A stretch of DNA of 64,000 nucleotides from Rhizophagus irregularis (taxonomy: Eukaryota), in NCBI RefSeq assembly GCF_026210795.1, contig NC_089435.1, forward strand, positions 620,001 to 684,000. The letters are read 5' to 3'. Shown here in pieces: positions 12,437 to 26,724 of the stretch; the first letter of the stretch is position 1; each line of letters starts with the position of its first letter. The translations under genes were made by a program, and so were the position numbers. The notes below the pieces were generated by a model. That model had not been told where the DNA came from. It searched no databases and worked only from the letters and a program-made list of their open reading frames with translations.

Positions 12437-15225
12437 ATGGAGCTTGTAAAATTAAATGATGAAAATTCTTTTGATCCAACACCAAAATTAAAATCTAGTC
12501 CCGTATCAATTTCTTTTGTTTCTTTTAATGAGAATGATAAAAATTGTATTCATTGTGGAGAAGAATACACAGAGACGATTATTAGATACCAAAAGTATTG
12601 CAAAAAATGTTTATCGTGTTATTTAACTAATATAACCGATAATAATATATACCTGGACGTATATTTATTCGCAAAGGACTTAGAATGTAATGAACATGAA
12701 ATAAGTAGAACAAAGGTACCACGAAATATTCAAGAATGCTGTAGAAATTGCCTGATAATATTATGTTTTAAACAAATAATTTGGTTTTCTTATCCTAATT
12801 ATCCGGATCTGAGAATTTTATATGAAAACGTGATTGAAAGTGAAAGATATTGTAAACTATGTGGAAAATTATTATATCAAGGAACAGAACATGATTTTAT
12901 TAATAATTTTATATTATGTTCAAATTGTTATCTAATATCTATCGGTTATATAGAATCAACCTTAACTGAAAAACTTATTTCAATCATTTATTTACCATGG
13001 TGGGACGATAGAAGTACTTGTTATTGTCATGAACGACTAATATTTACATCAAATTGTCAAAAGTATTGTGAGAATTGTTACATATTTTTTATTGGGTGTA
13101 GATATTGTTTAACAACAAATATTATTTTTGGAATTGCAAATCAATCGCAATGTAAAAAATGCAAAACAGTATCAATTATTATACTAGATAACAAAAAGAT
13201 TATTAGTTTTAACTGTGGGAACAATGTTTTAGATGATTTTCTTGTTAGTATAAGATCATATCAATCGGAAATAACTAAATTTACTGACGTTATAAAAAAT
13301 ATTGATAAGTATTTCGTTCCAAACAAAATAATACATGATAACTTTGAAAGCAATTACATTTTCCCAAGAAAATTCATGAAATATATGCCATTTTCTCAAT
13401 TTACGAATATAAAAAAAATAGCAGTAGGGGGATTTAGTATAGTATATCAAGCAACTTTGTTAGATAGTAATAAAACTATCATTTTAAAAAGATTTAAAAA
13501 TACTCAATACGCTGAAGAATATTTTTTGAGAGAGGTAAATACTTTAAATGTTAAAAAAATTCGTATTTATTTTATAAAAATTTTAATTTTAATCTTGAAA
13601 TTTTTAGCTGAAGTCGTATCATGATAGTTATGCAGATAACGAAGATTATGGTAATCCTATGGTGATTGAAACTTATGGTTTTACAAAAGATCCTCAATTA
13701 AATGGATTGGATAGTTATATATTAGTTATGGAATATGCTTCAGGAGGAAATTTACATGAGTATCTACAAAAGAACTTTACAAGAATTGGTTGGCAAGAAA
13801 AATTAGATATACTATTTAATATTATAAATGGGTATCTATATTTTAATTATATTAGTAAATAATTAATTTATAACACAAATTTATTAATTATTATTATTTT
13901 AGACTTCAGGGTATTCATAATAAAGAATTCATACATCGAGATTTTCACAGTGGAAATTTGTTGGTAAATTTGACAGCTGATTATTATCGCAATTGTAAAA
14001 TCGGAGATCTAGGATTATCACGACCTGCAAATGACACCTCAACGGATAATGAAATTTATGGGGTGATACCTTATATTGCACCAGAAATATTTAAAGGGTC
14101 TGCATTTTCTAAAGAATCTGATATTTATAGTCTGGGTATGATTATGTGGGAACTTACAACAGGTTGTAAACCTTTTGCTAACGTTGAACATGATATTTAT
14201 CTAATTATCAAAATTATTGATGGTGCGCGACCTGAAATTACAGAAGATACACCAGAATGTTATACTAATTTAATGAAAAGTTGTTGGGATTCTGATCCCA
14301 AAAGAAGACCTTCTATAAGTGTCATTAGAGATATTTGTTTTAAATTGTTTTGTCAATTATTCAATTCTACTAATCGATCATTTGATCAAGCTGATTTAAA
14401 AAGTAATACGTTAATAGATTCAAAGAAGCTTGGTCTTAAGTTTAGTGAAAAAACTCATCCAAAGGCTATTTATACAAGTAGATCATTAAACTCTTACATT
14501 TCTAAATGTTCATCTATATTTTCTAAATGTTCATCTATCAAATTTTCATCAAATGGTATGTATTATATTATGGATAAATCTAATTGTAACAGCCTGTTAC
14601 GCGTCTTATTTGTAACAACCCCCAATTTTATCCAATTAAAATTTAAGATCAGGCGTAATGTAAACAAAAACAAAAGATCAGTTGTGTAAAAAATTTCAAG
14701 AAACTGCTTATAACTTAAAATTTTGTCTATGAAACTGTCTTAAGTACATTAAGTAAAAGTTTTCCAAATTAAATTTTGCATATAAAAATTTTATTCGTGA
14801 AACACATATTAAATTTATTATTAAAAAAAAATAAAAAAAGGATGTTACAAATAAGATATGTAACAGGCTGTTACAAATACATTTTTTCTTATATTATTTT
14901 AATTAAAGTAATCTTTTGGATAAATAAATTAATTTTTTTTTTTCATAGATTACATTTCAAAAGAATTAAAATTTGACATAGATGCTGAGAGGTACTTTAA
15001 AGTTAAAAATATTTGTTATTTATAATTTAAATCTAACAACGGAATCTACAATTTTATATTAGCAATAGACTCGACTCATTTGTAATTAAGCGAAATATTG
15101 AAGAATCAAATATTAATTCTTGTGAAAATAATGGTAAATATTTTATTTAATTAAATGTTACCAAGATTTATTTATATTTTTACTTATTTTTATAATTTAA
15201 AATAGGAAAACGCATTAAAAATTAG
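12437..15225 (+). CDS. TKL-type Ser/Thr kinase with long Cys-rich (multi-CxxC) N-terminus
   Basis: Exons 12437-13534, 13608-13831, 13903-14555, 14949-14990, 15063-15133, 15206-15225 in frame; AVGGFSIVY, IILK, HRDFHSGN, DLG, YIAPE, DIYSLG. Confidence 0.85.
14584..14876. mobile_element. MITE inside kinase intron 3
   Basis: ~33-bp TIR ttgtaacagcctgttac..tcttatttgtaaca / tgttacaaataaga..gtaacaggctgttacaa. Confidence 0.8.
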
Positions 15226-16186
15226 TTCCAATTATTCAAGAAACCCTAAAAAAAAAACAATAATAAATGGGTGAAATTTTTCGTATAAATATAATAGTAT
15301 ATTTCTATATTTAATATTTTATCTATGTATATTTTTTTTATTATGCAAAATTATTCGATTAACTTTGGTGAAATGACTCATTTTTACAAAGTGAGAATTA
15401 AGACTCCATAAGGCGCAGTTGAAAGGTTAAAACCATAACTGATAAATAGATATAAAACCCTTAACGGTCAAAAGGACTTAGCCGGATAATTAAATCATAA
15501 CTTGAACCGATTGACAAATTTCCGAAAGAGTTGTCTCGTGTATAGAATTTAGACTTAATCATAAAGGCGCAGGATTTTGTAAAGCGTGCTAGATTTATAT
15601 AATAAACTTTATGAAGAAATTCATGGTGTTTTGTTTAAAAATTTCTAATTTTAAAGTAAATTAATGCCAATATTTGCGATTATATACATATGTCGTGCCG
15701 GCCTACATTATGCCAATATTATCGCATGATTTGGGCAGCATTAACATTAACTAGGCCAGCCGACGTCAGACTATTATATATAGGTATTCTATCTGCTGTG
15801 CATCGGTCAGTAATTTTTTTACCTCTTTGCCTAATCTCTTTGAAGAAATAGTGGATTATTCTAATTCACTTCTCAATTGCTCATTTTCGTTCACAAGCTT
15901 ATTACACGTATCATGTAATTTTTTACATTTTTCAATTAGAAAGAGACTATTGTCTATGGCGATTTCTAATTTTTGTGTCTGAGAAAGATCCTCACTACGG
16001 GATTGTTTCGTTTTAGTAGAGTATCTATCATGGACTGCCTAGTTTCTTTCCCTTACCTATCGTAGTCTCGTAGATGAATCCCATATAGTATATACATTTT
16101 CCATTTACGGTATATAATTGTTAACATGTAAAGTAAATACTAATATATCATCATATTTCGCCAAATTTTTTATTATCAATAATATG

Positions 16187-16680
16187 TTATACCACACTGA
16201 TAATACTAATAATACTGATATTTGGATCGATAATATCAATAATATCAATACTCACGTCATGCATCCACCAGTTCACTATGTTATTTAATTTGTTATTCCG
16301 AACCTTGTCAGTTTTTTCACCTTTAATATATTTAATGTCGTCATCTGTAAATGTTCCGATGAATGAGGCGGTAAATGTGGTCAAACGTATTTTTTTCATA
16401 ACTAACAACAGAAAAAATTTCTTGCGGTCCTAATTCTCTTTTTAATGACACTCGGAGAGAAATCATTTAACTTCTTTTTAATCTTCTTGCTCAAAATGTT
16501 ACGTGAACTTTTGGTTGGATGTATTTCTTTAATTCCTCGAGTCTCGTAGACATAACTTATCCAAACTTGTAATAACACCTGATTACTTCTTATTTCGAAG
16601 AAGTTCACGGCCTTTGTTTTTTGAGCAAGCTTCAGCTCGATCTATTTTCTTATTCAAGATGCGATACTCGACTGCATCTG
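16187..16680 (-). pseudogene. Frameshifted hypothetical-protein fragment
   Basis: Two overlapping minus-strand ORFs (IKKRIRTARNF.. / KIRLTTFTASFIGTFTDDDIKYI) read like one frameshifted coding stretch. Confidence 0.35.
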
Positions 16681-17629
16681 AGCTCTACTCACGAAGTGAA
16701 TTCGTGATACAACTGCAAGTTTACTTGGAATGACAAAAGAAAGTTTAAATATCATTTTCGACTTATTTTACAAAAACTCTTTTTTCGTTAAATCCTTCTT
16801 CTGCAAAGACGATAAAAATTAGTTTTTACATACTTGAATCAAAACTAGTATTAAAATTTCTTTTGAATTCGATGTAAACTTTTAGAGCAGTTAAAGATAC
16901 TTCCGTTAAAAGCTAGGAAAAAGGATTAATTTTTTTGAAAGGTGATATCATAAGGAAGTTTTTAGGTGGGTCGGTCCATGTAATTCCACGTGGGTTTGCT
17001 CAGAAATACGTGGAATTCCACACATTCCCAATATCCTACATGGATCCACACCGAATTTAGTGGATTTATGCCGAAAATACCACGTGTTTCGTCACAGGGT
17101 ATTCGGAAAATACTGGAACTATTTAGATTTCCACATATTTCCACAGTATTTGATGTGGATTTCCATGTGGATTTTAAACGGAAAAAAATTCCTGATACGT
17201 ACTGCACGTCGATCTTAGGGGTGCATACAAACAATTTCTGATTGAATTTTCTTGGCGCTTGTTTTATATAAAATATGAATGAAAAGAAATACAGTATATG
17301 ATTAGTACTAAAAATTAAGTTTCGGTCACTTTCTATATAAGAAATCAGACAAATAATATCTAAACATGATATTTTAACAATTAAAACTATTTTTTTTATA
17401 TAATTAATATTGAATATTTATTGTAACACTCTGTTTATTTTGTCGAATGATTTTATTTATATTAGATTATCTTTTTTTTAATTCTATCGCTAATATGAAA
17501 CGTCGCAAAAAAAAAATTACATAATACTTTTTTTTTTGGAAATTATGATTCGGACTCAATGAAGTTCACGTTATATTTGAAGGTAAAAAAATATTTTTTA
17601 TTTTATATATTATTTATTCATTGTTTCAA

Positions 17630-17890
17630 AATGATACTAATATAATAAATATGAAACATTATTAATACAATTATAAATAGTCACGTAAGCGCAAATTAAC
17701 TGAAAAAAGATATTAAAAGGCAAATGGTAATTCAAATATTTATCTTAAAATAGTAAATTTTATTGTACATCATACAATAGTTTATTAAAATTGCTCCTAA
17801 TGTATCACAAAAAAAATATTATTTCAATTTAACCTAAGCCAGAATCGGTTAGATTAGGCACTTTAAAAGATGCGATTTTTTTTTTATTTT
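17630..17890. repeat. Dispersed repeat, inverted copy at ~52750-52960
   Basis: aagccagaatcggttagattaggc..gatgcgatttttt and tgtacatc..caatagtttattaaaattg match the reverse complement at 52760-52920. Confidence 0.8.
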
Positions 17891-18782
17891 TTTATTTTAT
17901 AGAATTTTCTTAATAAATTTTCAAAAGATAAAAATGAAATTAGGGAAATACCAACATTTGGAGATACAATTTATTGCATTAAAATATTGCGGACGATATT
18001 TATACATTTTATTATCACACCTAGATGATTGTGAACAGTGTTCATGATCTATGACTGCGGCTAATTATTCTTTCCGTTTATATCGTAGGACACTAACCAC
18101 ACATATTCGATATCACTCTTACTTAACTTCGAAATTGATAATGCGGAAAACTTGTCTGTTGTATCAATGACTCTACCATATTACTATCTCCACTTTATGC
18201 CATTAAACAATTTATAAATCCTTCGTACTTTTGCATTATTCTTTTTAAGTGAGTTCTCATTATTTTCTGAGAAAGCTGTTTCCTGACCTTCTCGTTAACG
18301 AGCATTTTTTTCTGTATAAATAAAATATATAGATTTTTTGCGGGTAAAGTCTCCATTGATATATTGAGAGCTATCATCATATTTTTGTAAATCTACATTT
18401 CTATAATTGCCGACTAAGATACATGTTCAAATTAGTAAAGCTATTCTACACATTCATCATTCCCCTTAGTAATTAAGTAATGTGAGTAAAATAGCAACAA
18501 TGTATTACGAAAATTTATTTATTTCAATTTATGTACAATGATAAATGAAAAGTTGAATTTGTAATTTTGAAATAGGAATTTAAAATTGCATAAAAAATCT
18601 ATAACCACTATACTAATTTACTATCTATCAACCTCTCTATCTACAATATAAAATAATTTATCAATCTCAATTGGGAAAGGGATAGGAGTAATAGTCTAGT
18701 AAGTTGATTCAGAAAGGCTAGCATAAATGATAAATAAGTTTTATGATAATATTTAGGCGTAAAGTTGCTATTATAGTTGGCA

Positions 18783-19290
18783 TCCAAGTCATTTCACTAA
18801 AACCCATTTTTCTGAAGAAATTTCGCCAAAGACGCCATTTCGCCAACAAGCAATTTCCTGAATAGATATTTTCTCTAAATGGTTATTTTGCTGAAAGTTA
18901 TTTTGCCAAACCAATTCAGTGAAGGGACATTTGCCAAAGATATAGAACTTCTTAAATTTCCTTTTTTTTAAAAGAAAATGAATTATTTATACGTTATATT
19001 AACTCATTTTTTTTTATTAATTTTATTTGATTTGAAGTTTAAAAAAGATAATGGAATCATCATACTCAATTTTCTTTAAACAAGCGAAAAAAGAGAATTT
19101 ATTTTTGACCATTTACTATTTTCTTTGTATTAAATTATTTTTAATTAACTAGTATTTTAAGCAAAATGTCCTCCAACAAAATAGATAATTCAGATGAGGA
19201 GGAGTCAACGAAATGCCCATTTAGCACATTTGATGAAATGTCTCTTCTGCAAAACTTCCAAAACTTCCCTTTAGCGAAATGACTTTGGAA
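18783..19290. mobile_element. Degenerate MITE
   Basis: tccaagtcatttcactaa ... ttagcgaaatgactttgga inverted ends; tttcgccaa-type subterminal repeats mirrored at the right end. Confidence 0.55.
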
Positions 19291-19523
19291 AATAAGTTTC
19301 TTCGAAACAGACTTATGTTAAATGTACCATAATAATTATAATTTATAAGAAATAATGAAATAAAAATATTGTATAAACGAACATTACTATTCAATACTAA
19401 TTATTATACTTGTATTTAAAAGTATTTATTTTATTGCAAAAATTGTAAATTACATACATAATATAAATATTTTCTATATAATAAGTAATAACTGATAAAT
19501 AATCCAACAAATAAACAAAAATA

Positions 19524-20572
19524 TTAATCTTCAATTGCACAATCATAACCCTGAGTAGACTCTTCTTGAACTGAATATTCTTGAACTAAGATTTCAGTAA
19601 GTTTGCGACTTGTATAATATACTTGTGAATGAGATTGCATAATAGAAGTATTTGCTTGTAGATGAGATTGCATAATAGAAGTATTTACTTGTTCTTGTAC
19701 TGAAGTTTTGTCTGCTACTACAAGTTCAAACATATCATTTGTTAATTGATTATTAATTGCATGTACTCTAAATTGATAATTTCCATTCCTGTTTAATCTA
19801 TAATATTCATTAATACATTCAATCCATTCAGATATAGTATTTACAAGCATCATTATGGTTGGTCTATTAGAAGGGTTTGAATCCCAGCATTTTTCATTTA
19901 AATCTATATAACAATTTGGAGTACTTTTCATAATTTTAGGACGTTCTCCATTACAAATACTCAAAATCAGATCATGATCATGTGCTTCATGATTAAATGG
20001 GGGAATACCTGATGTAAATTCCCACATTATCATTGAAAAACTATAGATATCACTTGCTTGAGTATAGGGATTACTTCTTAATATTTCAGGCGCCATATAA
20101 GGTAAAACTCCATATATTTCATTATCAGAATCCTGTAAATCACTTATAGGTTTACATAATCCTAAATCAATAATAAATACCTCATTGTAATTATCTGATA
20201 TTAAAATATTACCATCATGGAAATCACCATGAGCTAAATTTGATTCATGAATTACTTTAAGTCCTGATACAATATTTTTTAACAATTGTAACCTGTCTTG
20301 CCACTTAAATTTAACTATATCAGACAAACGCTTTCTCAAACTTCCTTTTTTTGCATAACTCATTACGATCATATAATTTAAATTATTTGGATCTTGAGTA
20401 ATTTCAAAGAATTGAATAAATTTTGAAATGACTTTTTTTGACAATTATAATGATATTTCCACTATATAGATAATAAAAAAATTATTAAATTTTTTTGCAA
20501 AAGAAAATAAAATTTGCTATTAAAATAAATACTATACCTCATCCAGAAATTTACTATTCAAACTTGATGTAA
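19524..20572 (-). pseudogene. 5'-truncated, frameshifted paralog of the Sel1/non-RD kinase at 43319-47016
   Basis: Same intron and kinase exon (HGDFHDGN, IIDLG, YMAPE); 1-nt deletion near 20427 (TCATTTCAAAA vs TCATTTTCAAAA); homology stops near 20572. Confidence 0.8.
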
Positions 20573-21935
20573 CTCAAGAATGTCGCAATTTTTTTTTAAA
20601 AAAATTATACTAAAATATAACTTTGAATAACCTAATTAATGTGTTGAAGAAAAAATTTACTGCGCACATCAAAAATAATTGTAGACAAAGGCTATTAATA
20701 TTCGGTAGAGGTGTGTCGGTCGTTACAGACGTTACACGCCTGTATTTTCATACGTTAAAAATAACATCAAATCAGATCTTTGTTTTTGATTCTCACGTTT
20801 GCCCCAAAAAAATTTAAAGCTCGTCTGTTATAAATTGTACCAAAATGAAATTGGTGCTATTAAATTAATTAATTAAACTGAACATCTTTTAATAAATAGC
20901 GGCCGTTAAGTCGTAACTTAAGAAGAAATTAATGATTTCTTAATAGATTGTGTTCTTAGAATCACTACCTCGTGATATTATCGGATCAGCTGATGTTCCT
21001 TCCAATATATAAGATCATTTAGACAATACATCATCTTCTAATGATGATATCAGAAAATAATGAAAATGATGGGAAGAGTCATAAGTTGGATGATGATTGT
21101 GGAGGTGTAGATGGTGGAGTTCGTTCAATTGGAATAGTATTGATTTCATATTTATTAATTATAATAATAGATTGCGCTACGGAGCCTACAATTTTATTTG
21201 GACGGTAAGATAATTTGTAAGATTTGGAGAACATCTAGTGCGTTTCGTACATATATTTTTAGTAATTTTTTGTTATGTAATTCCAACATGCTTAATAGAA
21301 TTTTATATAAACTCAACATTACTGCATATATTTCTGGAAAATTTTACTTAATTAATTATTTATTTATTTAAAAATTGATTTTTTTTCATAGATTATCGTA
21401 GTATTATCATCATTCCACGGTACAAAATACGCCTTTCAATGAGTCGGTACTCAATAATCATCCTTAGCGACTTGCGTGACAAAGATTGAGCTAGCATTCT
21501 TGAAATTGTGTTGGTACGTTTAGTACAATTTAAATTTAGCAAATTTGTAATATTCTTAATACTGTGCTATCTTTATGTCATTAGGAAGGAGCCAGCAAAA
21601 ATGTTAATCCAATGCCTCATCAAGACGTGATTGAGCAATCGTTATGATACTATTTATCAACGACTGATAGTTCATTACAGAAAAAATATCAGGAAATCAT
21701 TCGAATATTTCAATAATATTTAAAGACCTTTGTAACAGTTTAATAATTATTATTTACATTAAAAATATCTGATATACGTACGTTAATTAGTAAGAAATTA
21801 GACTTATAAATCACTTTATAGGAGTGTTTAGATTTGTTAGGACTTAGGACACTTATTATTCATAATAAAGAATCATATTAGTTACTTTAATGGATAAAGC
21901 AACAATTTATTATTATAATCTGATAAACAAATAAG

Positions 21936-22188
21936 ACTAGGAAAACGGAAACTGTTTAAGTCCTTCGCATTGCATAACTCGCAAATGTTACGTGACCTAC
22001 GCGTCATTTATTTATTTGGCATATTTCAGGGGTCAAATAGGTACTAGTGTTACATAAATCGTGATACACATTCAAAAAAAGGAAATAAAATTGTTGATTG
22101 TGACAGGGACAAAAACGGGGGTAAAACAAATTTTGCTAGTTCGGTACTTCAGTACAGTAAATAGTCCTTCGCTAACGCTTCGGACAAT
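21936..22188 (+). mobile_element. Non-autonomous Helentron/HINE-like element, copy 1
   Basis: actaggaaaacggaaac...gtccttcgctaacgcttcggacaat (3' stem-loop); second copy at 58108-58336; no TSD. Confidence 0.6.
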
Positions 22189-23359
22189 TAAATTGAATTT
22201 ATACAAGTTTATCAAAAAGTTCTATTAATAAAGTGATTAAGTTTAATACTGTGATTAATAAATGAACGAATAATAATATGTAATATACTTTAAGGATAAT
22301 TGTCTAACTAAGTTTGCAAATAGAGATATAAACTTGGAATAGAATTAAAAATTAAAAATTTATTAATTGTAAATCTTTTTTTAAATTATTATCGTTAAGA
22401 ATTAAACTAAAATTTATAACACTTTCAAATATTTTTGCGATGAGATCGACTCAAGACGACTCACATTTTTAAGTCGTCAACTGAACGGAGGGTAAAGAAG
22501 CAAGAATCTTTTTTTGTTCAGTCGAAAACTTCATTCATTCAAAATCACTATTTTTTTTTTGGAAATCTTGGACTAAATAATAAAATTTTTTTAAACCAAA
22601 AATTAATAAAAAAATGAATATCATTATCCCGTTTTAATTAAAATCTGTGGCCACAAAAAATATTCCATTTATATTATAGTTAATTGTCATTTTTTCAATT
22701 AAAAAAAAAATGAGGTAAATAAATAAATCTATTAAATTTTATCTTCTATGTTTGTCGTTTGTGAGTAATAATGAAGTAGGTGAATATTCATAATTAACTC
22801 TGTATGAATCATTGGATTAATCATGATGATAAAATGACTCAATAAATTATTTAAATAGACTTATAAAAAATTTTTAATAATCAGTTTTAATATTTGATTA
22901 TTTTTCGTTGCAACTTAAAGGTAGGTATAGTCTATATAACAAATAAAATACTGCAGAAAAGGACCTCGGTTTATGAGTTTGGGTATTTTAAAGTTTTACT
23001 TATTAATACAATCCCAAGGCGTAATGATAATTTAGAAAACATACAGTACTTCATCGATTAGGATTATTATATAAATCAACTTTATTCTTTATTAATTTGT
23101 TTTATTACAGAAAAACAATCATTTGTTGACATTTCAAATTATAATTTCAATACCGTATTATAGCCAAGTATTATTTCGATTTTTTTTTCGCGAGTTCGAA
23201 GTTTTCATCATTTGACTAGTGACGTAAAATTTTGATAATCTCACGTGATTAATGATTAATTACTCATGCGAAAAAAAATCATAAATCATTCCATTACTTT
23301 TACGAAAAATTCTTTCTCTCTCTTTTTTTTTAAAAAAAAAACAAAAAATTCGTGAAAAC

Positions 23360-23824
23360 ATGGAAAAGAAAGAAAGTTATGAAATATCAGAAGATAATCC
23401 ACTCTTGGTAAATTTTTAACAAATAATAATATTATTATATATTTAAAAGTTTTTATTATACATGTGAATTATTACTTATAAATTTTGATTTTTTTTTACA
23501 TAGAAAACATTAGTAGTTTCTACCAAAGACTCTTCTTCCGAAGATATTCAACAAAATCAATCACTTTGCAAGATTTCTTCCTCTTCTTCACGTTCATCAA
23601 AATTTTCTAATAATATCGATAAAAAAATATTACAAAACGAAAGAAACGAAAGGAAAAGAATGCTTAACAGAAAGGCTGCCGCAAGATTAAGACAAAAAAA
23701 AAAGAAAGAGATAAAAGAATTACAAGATTCAAATATAGGTTTAAGAGATGAAATTGAGCAAGTGGAAAGTATTATAATGAAATTAAGACAACAAATTATG
23801 GATCTGGAAATAAAGGAGGAATAA
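23360..23824 (+). CDS. Small bZIP transcription factor (122 aa), absent from the ORF track
   Basis: Exons 23360-23407 and 23504-23824; basic region RKRMLNRKAAARLRQKK (N-x7-R) followed by an L/L/V/L/L heptad zipper. Confidence 0.85.
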
Positions 23825-25256
23825 TTTTTATTTTTTAATATATATAATATAAATTTGCTAATATTATCATATTGAAATATTATAACTTGATATCAATTAT
23901 TAACATGCATTCCGGGAATTGGGAATTAATTTTATAGAGAACGAATTATTATATTTTTATAATTAGGCAAATTTAACTTTATATATAATTACGCTAGCAT
24001 AGTATTTTTTGTATATTTAAATCTTATTATAAATAAAATTTTCGCCAATATAGCTATAAAATTATTTTCAATATGCAAGAATATCGGTTTTAATTTTTTA
24101 ATTCATGTAGGGTAATTTTAAAATCTACTGATCAAAATTCTATTTTAATAAAAAATGCAGAGCTATCGGACCTTTGTTGTTCAATATCTTTATCATTATC
24201 TGATATAATTTTTACCTAACCAATTATATTTTATTGTCCTGAGCGAAGAGAGATCAAAAAATTTGTGGTCACGGTCCACCCACGTGATCGTCAGCCAATA
24301 AAATTGACTCCCGTTTCCTAAGTTATACAATTTAGCCTTTATTATTTATCTTCATTATATTTCACCAATTTTTAACAAGCTATTATTTAAGCTTAAGACA
24401 AAAATATTAATAAGCTTATTTGAAAATGAGAACGAATAATTCTATCTGCACAATACGTAGAAATCAGAGTATTATTCACAGTATGACGTTATAATCTATT
24501 AGAGCGAGATGTTAGCAATCTGAAATGCGAATACAGTACATCGCTAATTAAATATTGTAATTAGTTATTAACACTTTATAATAATTATTCTGGAAATAAT
24601 CCATTCTGGAATCTGGAAATAATCAATTAATTTCTCATATCAGTTTTCTAGAAATAATCGATTGAGTGAAATATCTCTTCGTCAATTTCATTTAAATTAT
24701 TCTAGGATTACACCTTTTTAATTTATAATTTACTGCGCCTGCAATAAATCATAGAATGTTTCAGAGATTTTTTTTAGTTTTCTATTATTCCCTTCCACAA
24801 AGTATCGACTACAGTCTTAGCCTCAAAAGTATAAATTATTTTCATTTAAATAATAATAAAAAAATTAATTCTTAAATTATTTTTATATTTTGTTGTTTTA
24901 ACCAATATTTATCTATCAAATAAGGATTTATTAAACGAAAAAACTTTATTACATTATGTCATTATCTAAACATTTATTTTGTGATTATTAGCATTATATA
25001 GCCGAATTATTGAACGATTAAAATAGCATTTGGAATTATTTTTTTTTAAAAGATTTAACGCATGATTCCAGAAACAACTTTCTTGTACAATCACAATAAA
25101 ATCAAATAGACTAACCGTTTCTTAACAGTTGTTTCATTTTTAATTAGGATTTTTTTTTCTTTATAAGCTTAAGAATATATACAGTAATGTATTACATCAT
25201 GACATAATATAAATATACGGTACGATTAATATTTTACGTACGAGCAGGTACGATGT

Positions 25257-25946
25257 TGTCACGGGATATTTTTTTTATTTTTATTTTTTTATTTTTATTA
25301 TTTTTATTTTTATTTTATTCTATTTTTATCTTTTTGTTATTTTTGTTATTTTTAGTTATATTACTTGTAGTCGTTTTTAGTTGTTTATAGATTAGATAAA
25401 AAGCGGAAGCTTAGCGATATAAAGTGGCTGAATATAAGTGGCTGTATAGACAAATGTGCCCAGATCGCCACAATTGGCCGGGAGACGATTATGTCCGAAG
25501 GACAGAATCGTCCTAAAAATTTAATGTTATATAAAGGACCGGTGTTGAAATATAGAAGTTCTAGTTCAGTTAGAATTCGTCTAGTTTTTGTTATAAGATA
25601 GATATCGGGATATTACAGAGCGCCGGCTGAGGCAGTAATATCGTATTCTTTTATTAACGAATAAACCTGTCGATTTGCTTCCGAATTATTTATATACGTT
25701 TTATTACATTTTATTATATTGTCTATTATTGTTTCATATCATTTATTATCATTATATTTTATTATTATTTATTTCTTTTTCATTATACATCGTTGATTAT
25801 CCGTATCCATTATATTATCGACTGTTAATATATACACGTTTACCTTATCATTAGTTATTTATCGCCATATTACCCTACCACTAACACACCGATCCTTATT
25901 CTTCTTTCTGTTACTACCTACCAAACGTCATAAATCGGTGGTAACA
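25257..25946 (+). mobile_element. Solo LTR (690 bp), probably Ty3/Gypsy
   Basis: TGTCAC...GTAACA ends; perfect 4-bp TSD ATGT; internal TATATAAA (~25528) and AATAAA (~25660). Confidence 0.8.
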
Positions 25947-26724
25947 ATGTCAATCATGCTAAAATTAGAAAATTATTAAATATTGATGATGATAGAATTG
26001 AATAAGACAATCAAAGTAAGGAAAAATGGTTCAAAAAAAATTAATATAAGCATTTAGAGAAGTTAAAGTTTCAACTTCGAAAAAATGAATTGACTTAAAA
26101 GAATGCAACTTAAAAAAAATAGAGTTGGAGTTGAACAAGTATTAATAAATAATTTAACTATACCAAGTTTTAGAAACTTTTTTGATAAAAATAATGGTAA
26201 TTTTGTATTTGACAATTAGATAGCAAATTTTTGCATGCTTACATGCTTAAAATTATAATATCATTTGTAATAAAGTCAAATAAATAAAGTTTCAATTCAT
26301 TATTTCATCACAGATGAAAATGATCAACATTTTTAACATTTGTAAAGAGAACTTTATACTAAAAGTTTAATACATTTATAAATCATTCAAATATAAACAT
26401 GTAAATATTATATATTTATAATATATTATATAAATTTCGTATGGTGGTAATACGATATGATCAGTCAATGGATGATATCATAACTGTAATTGTCGGAACG
26501 TAACTATTTTAATAATACTGAAAGTTTGATCACCCTTTTAAATGAAAAAAAATTTTGTTTCTTTTAAAAAAAATTTTTTTAAGTCATAATTTGGTTTTTA
26601 ACATAACAAAATTAATAATATGCGAATAGCGAATAAGTAAAGGAATGAAAATGTAAAAACATCTGATAAGTGAAATATAAATCTTGTAAACTGAAGTTCA
26701 TCAAACTTTAGATAATGATTAAAT

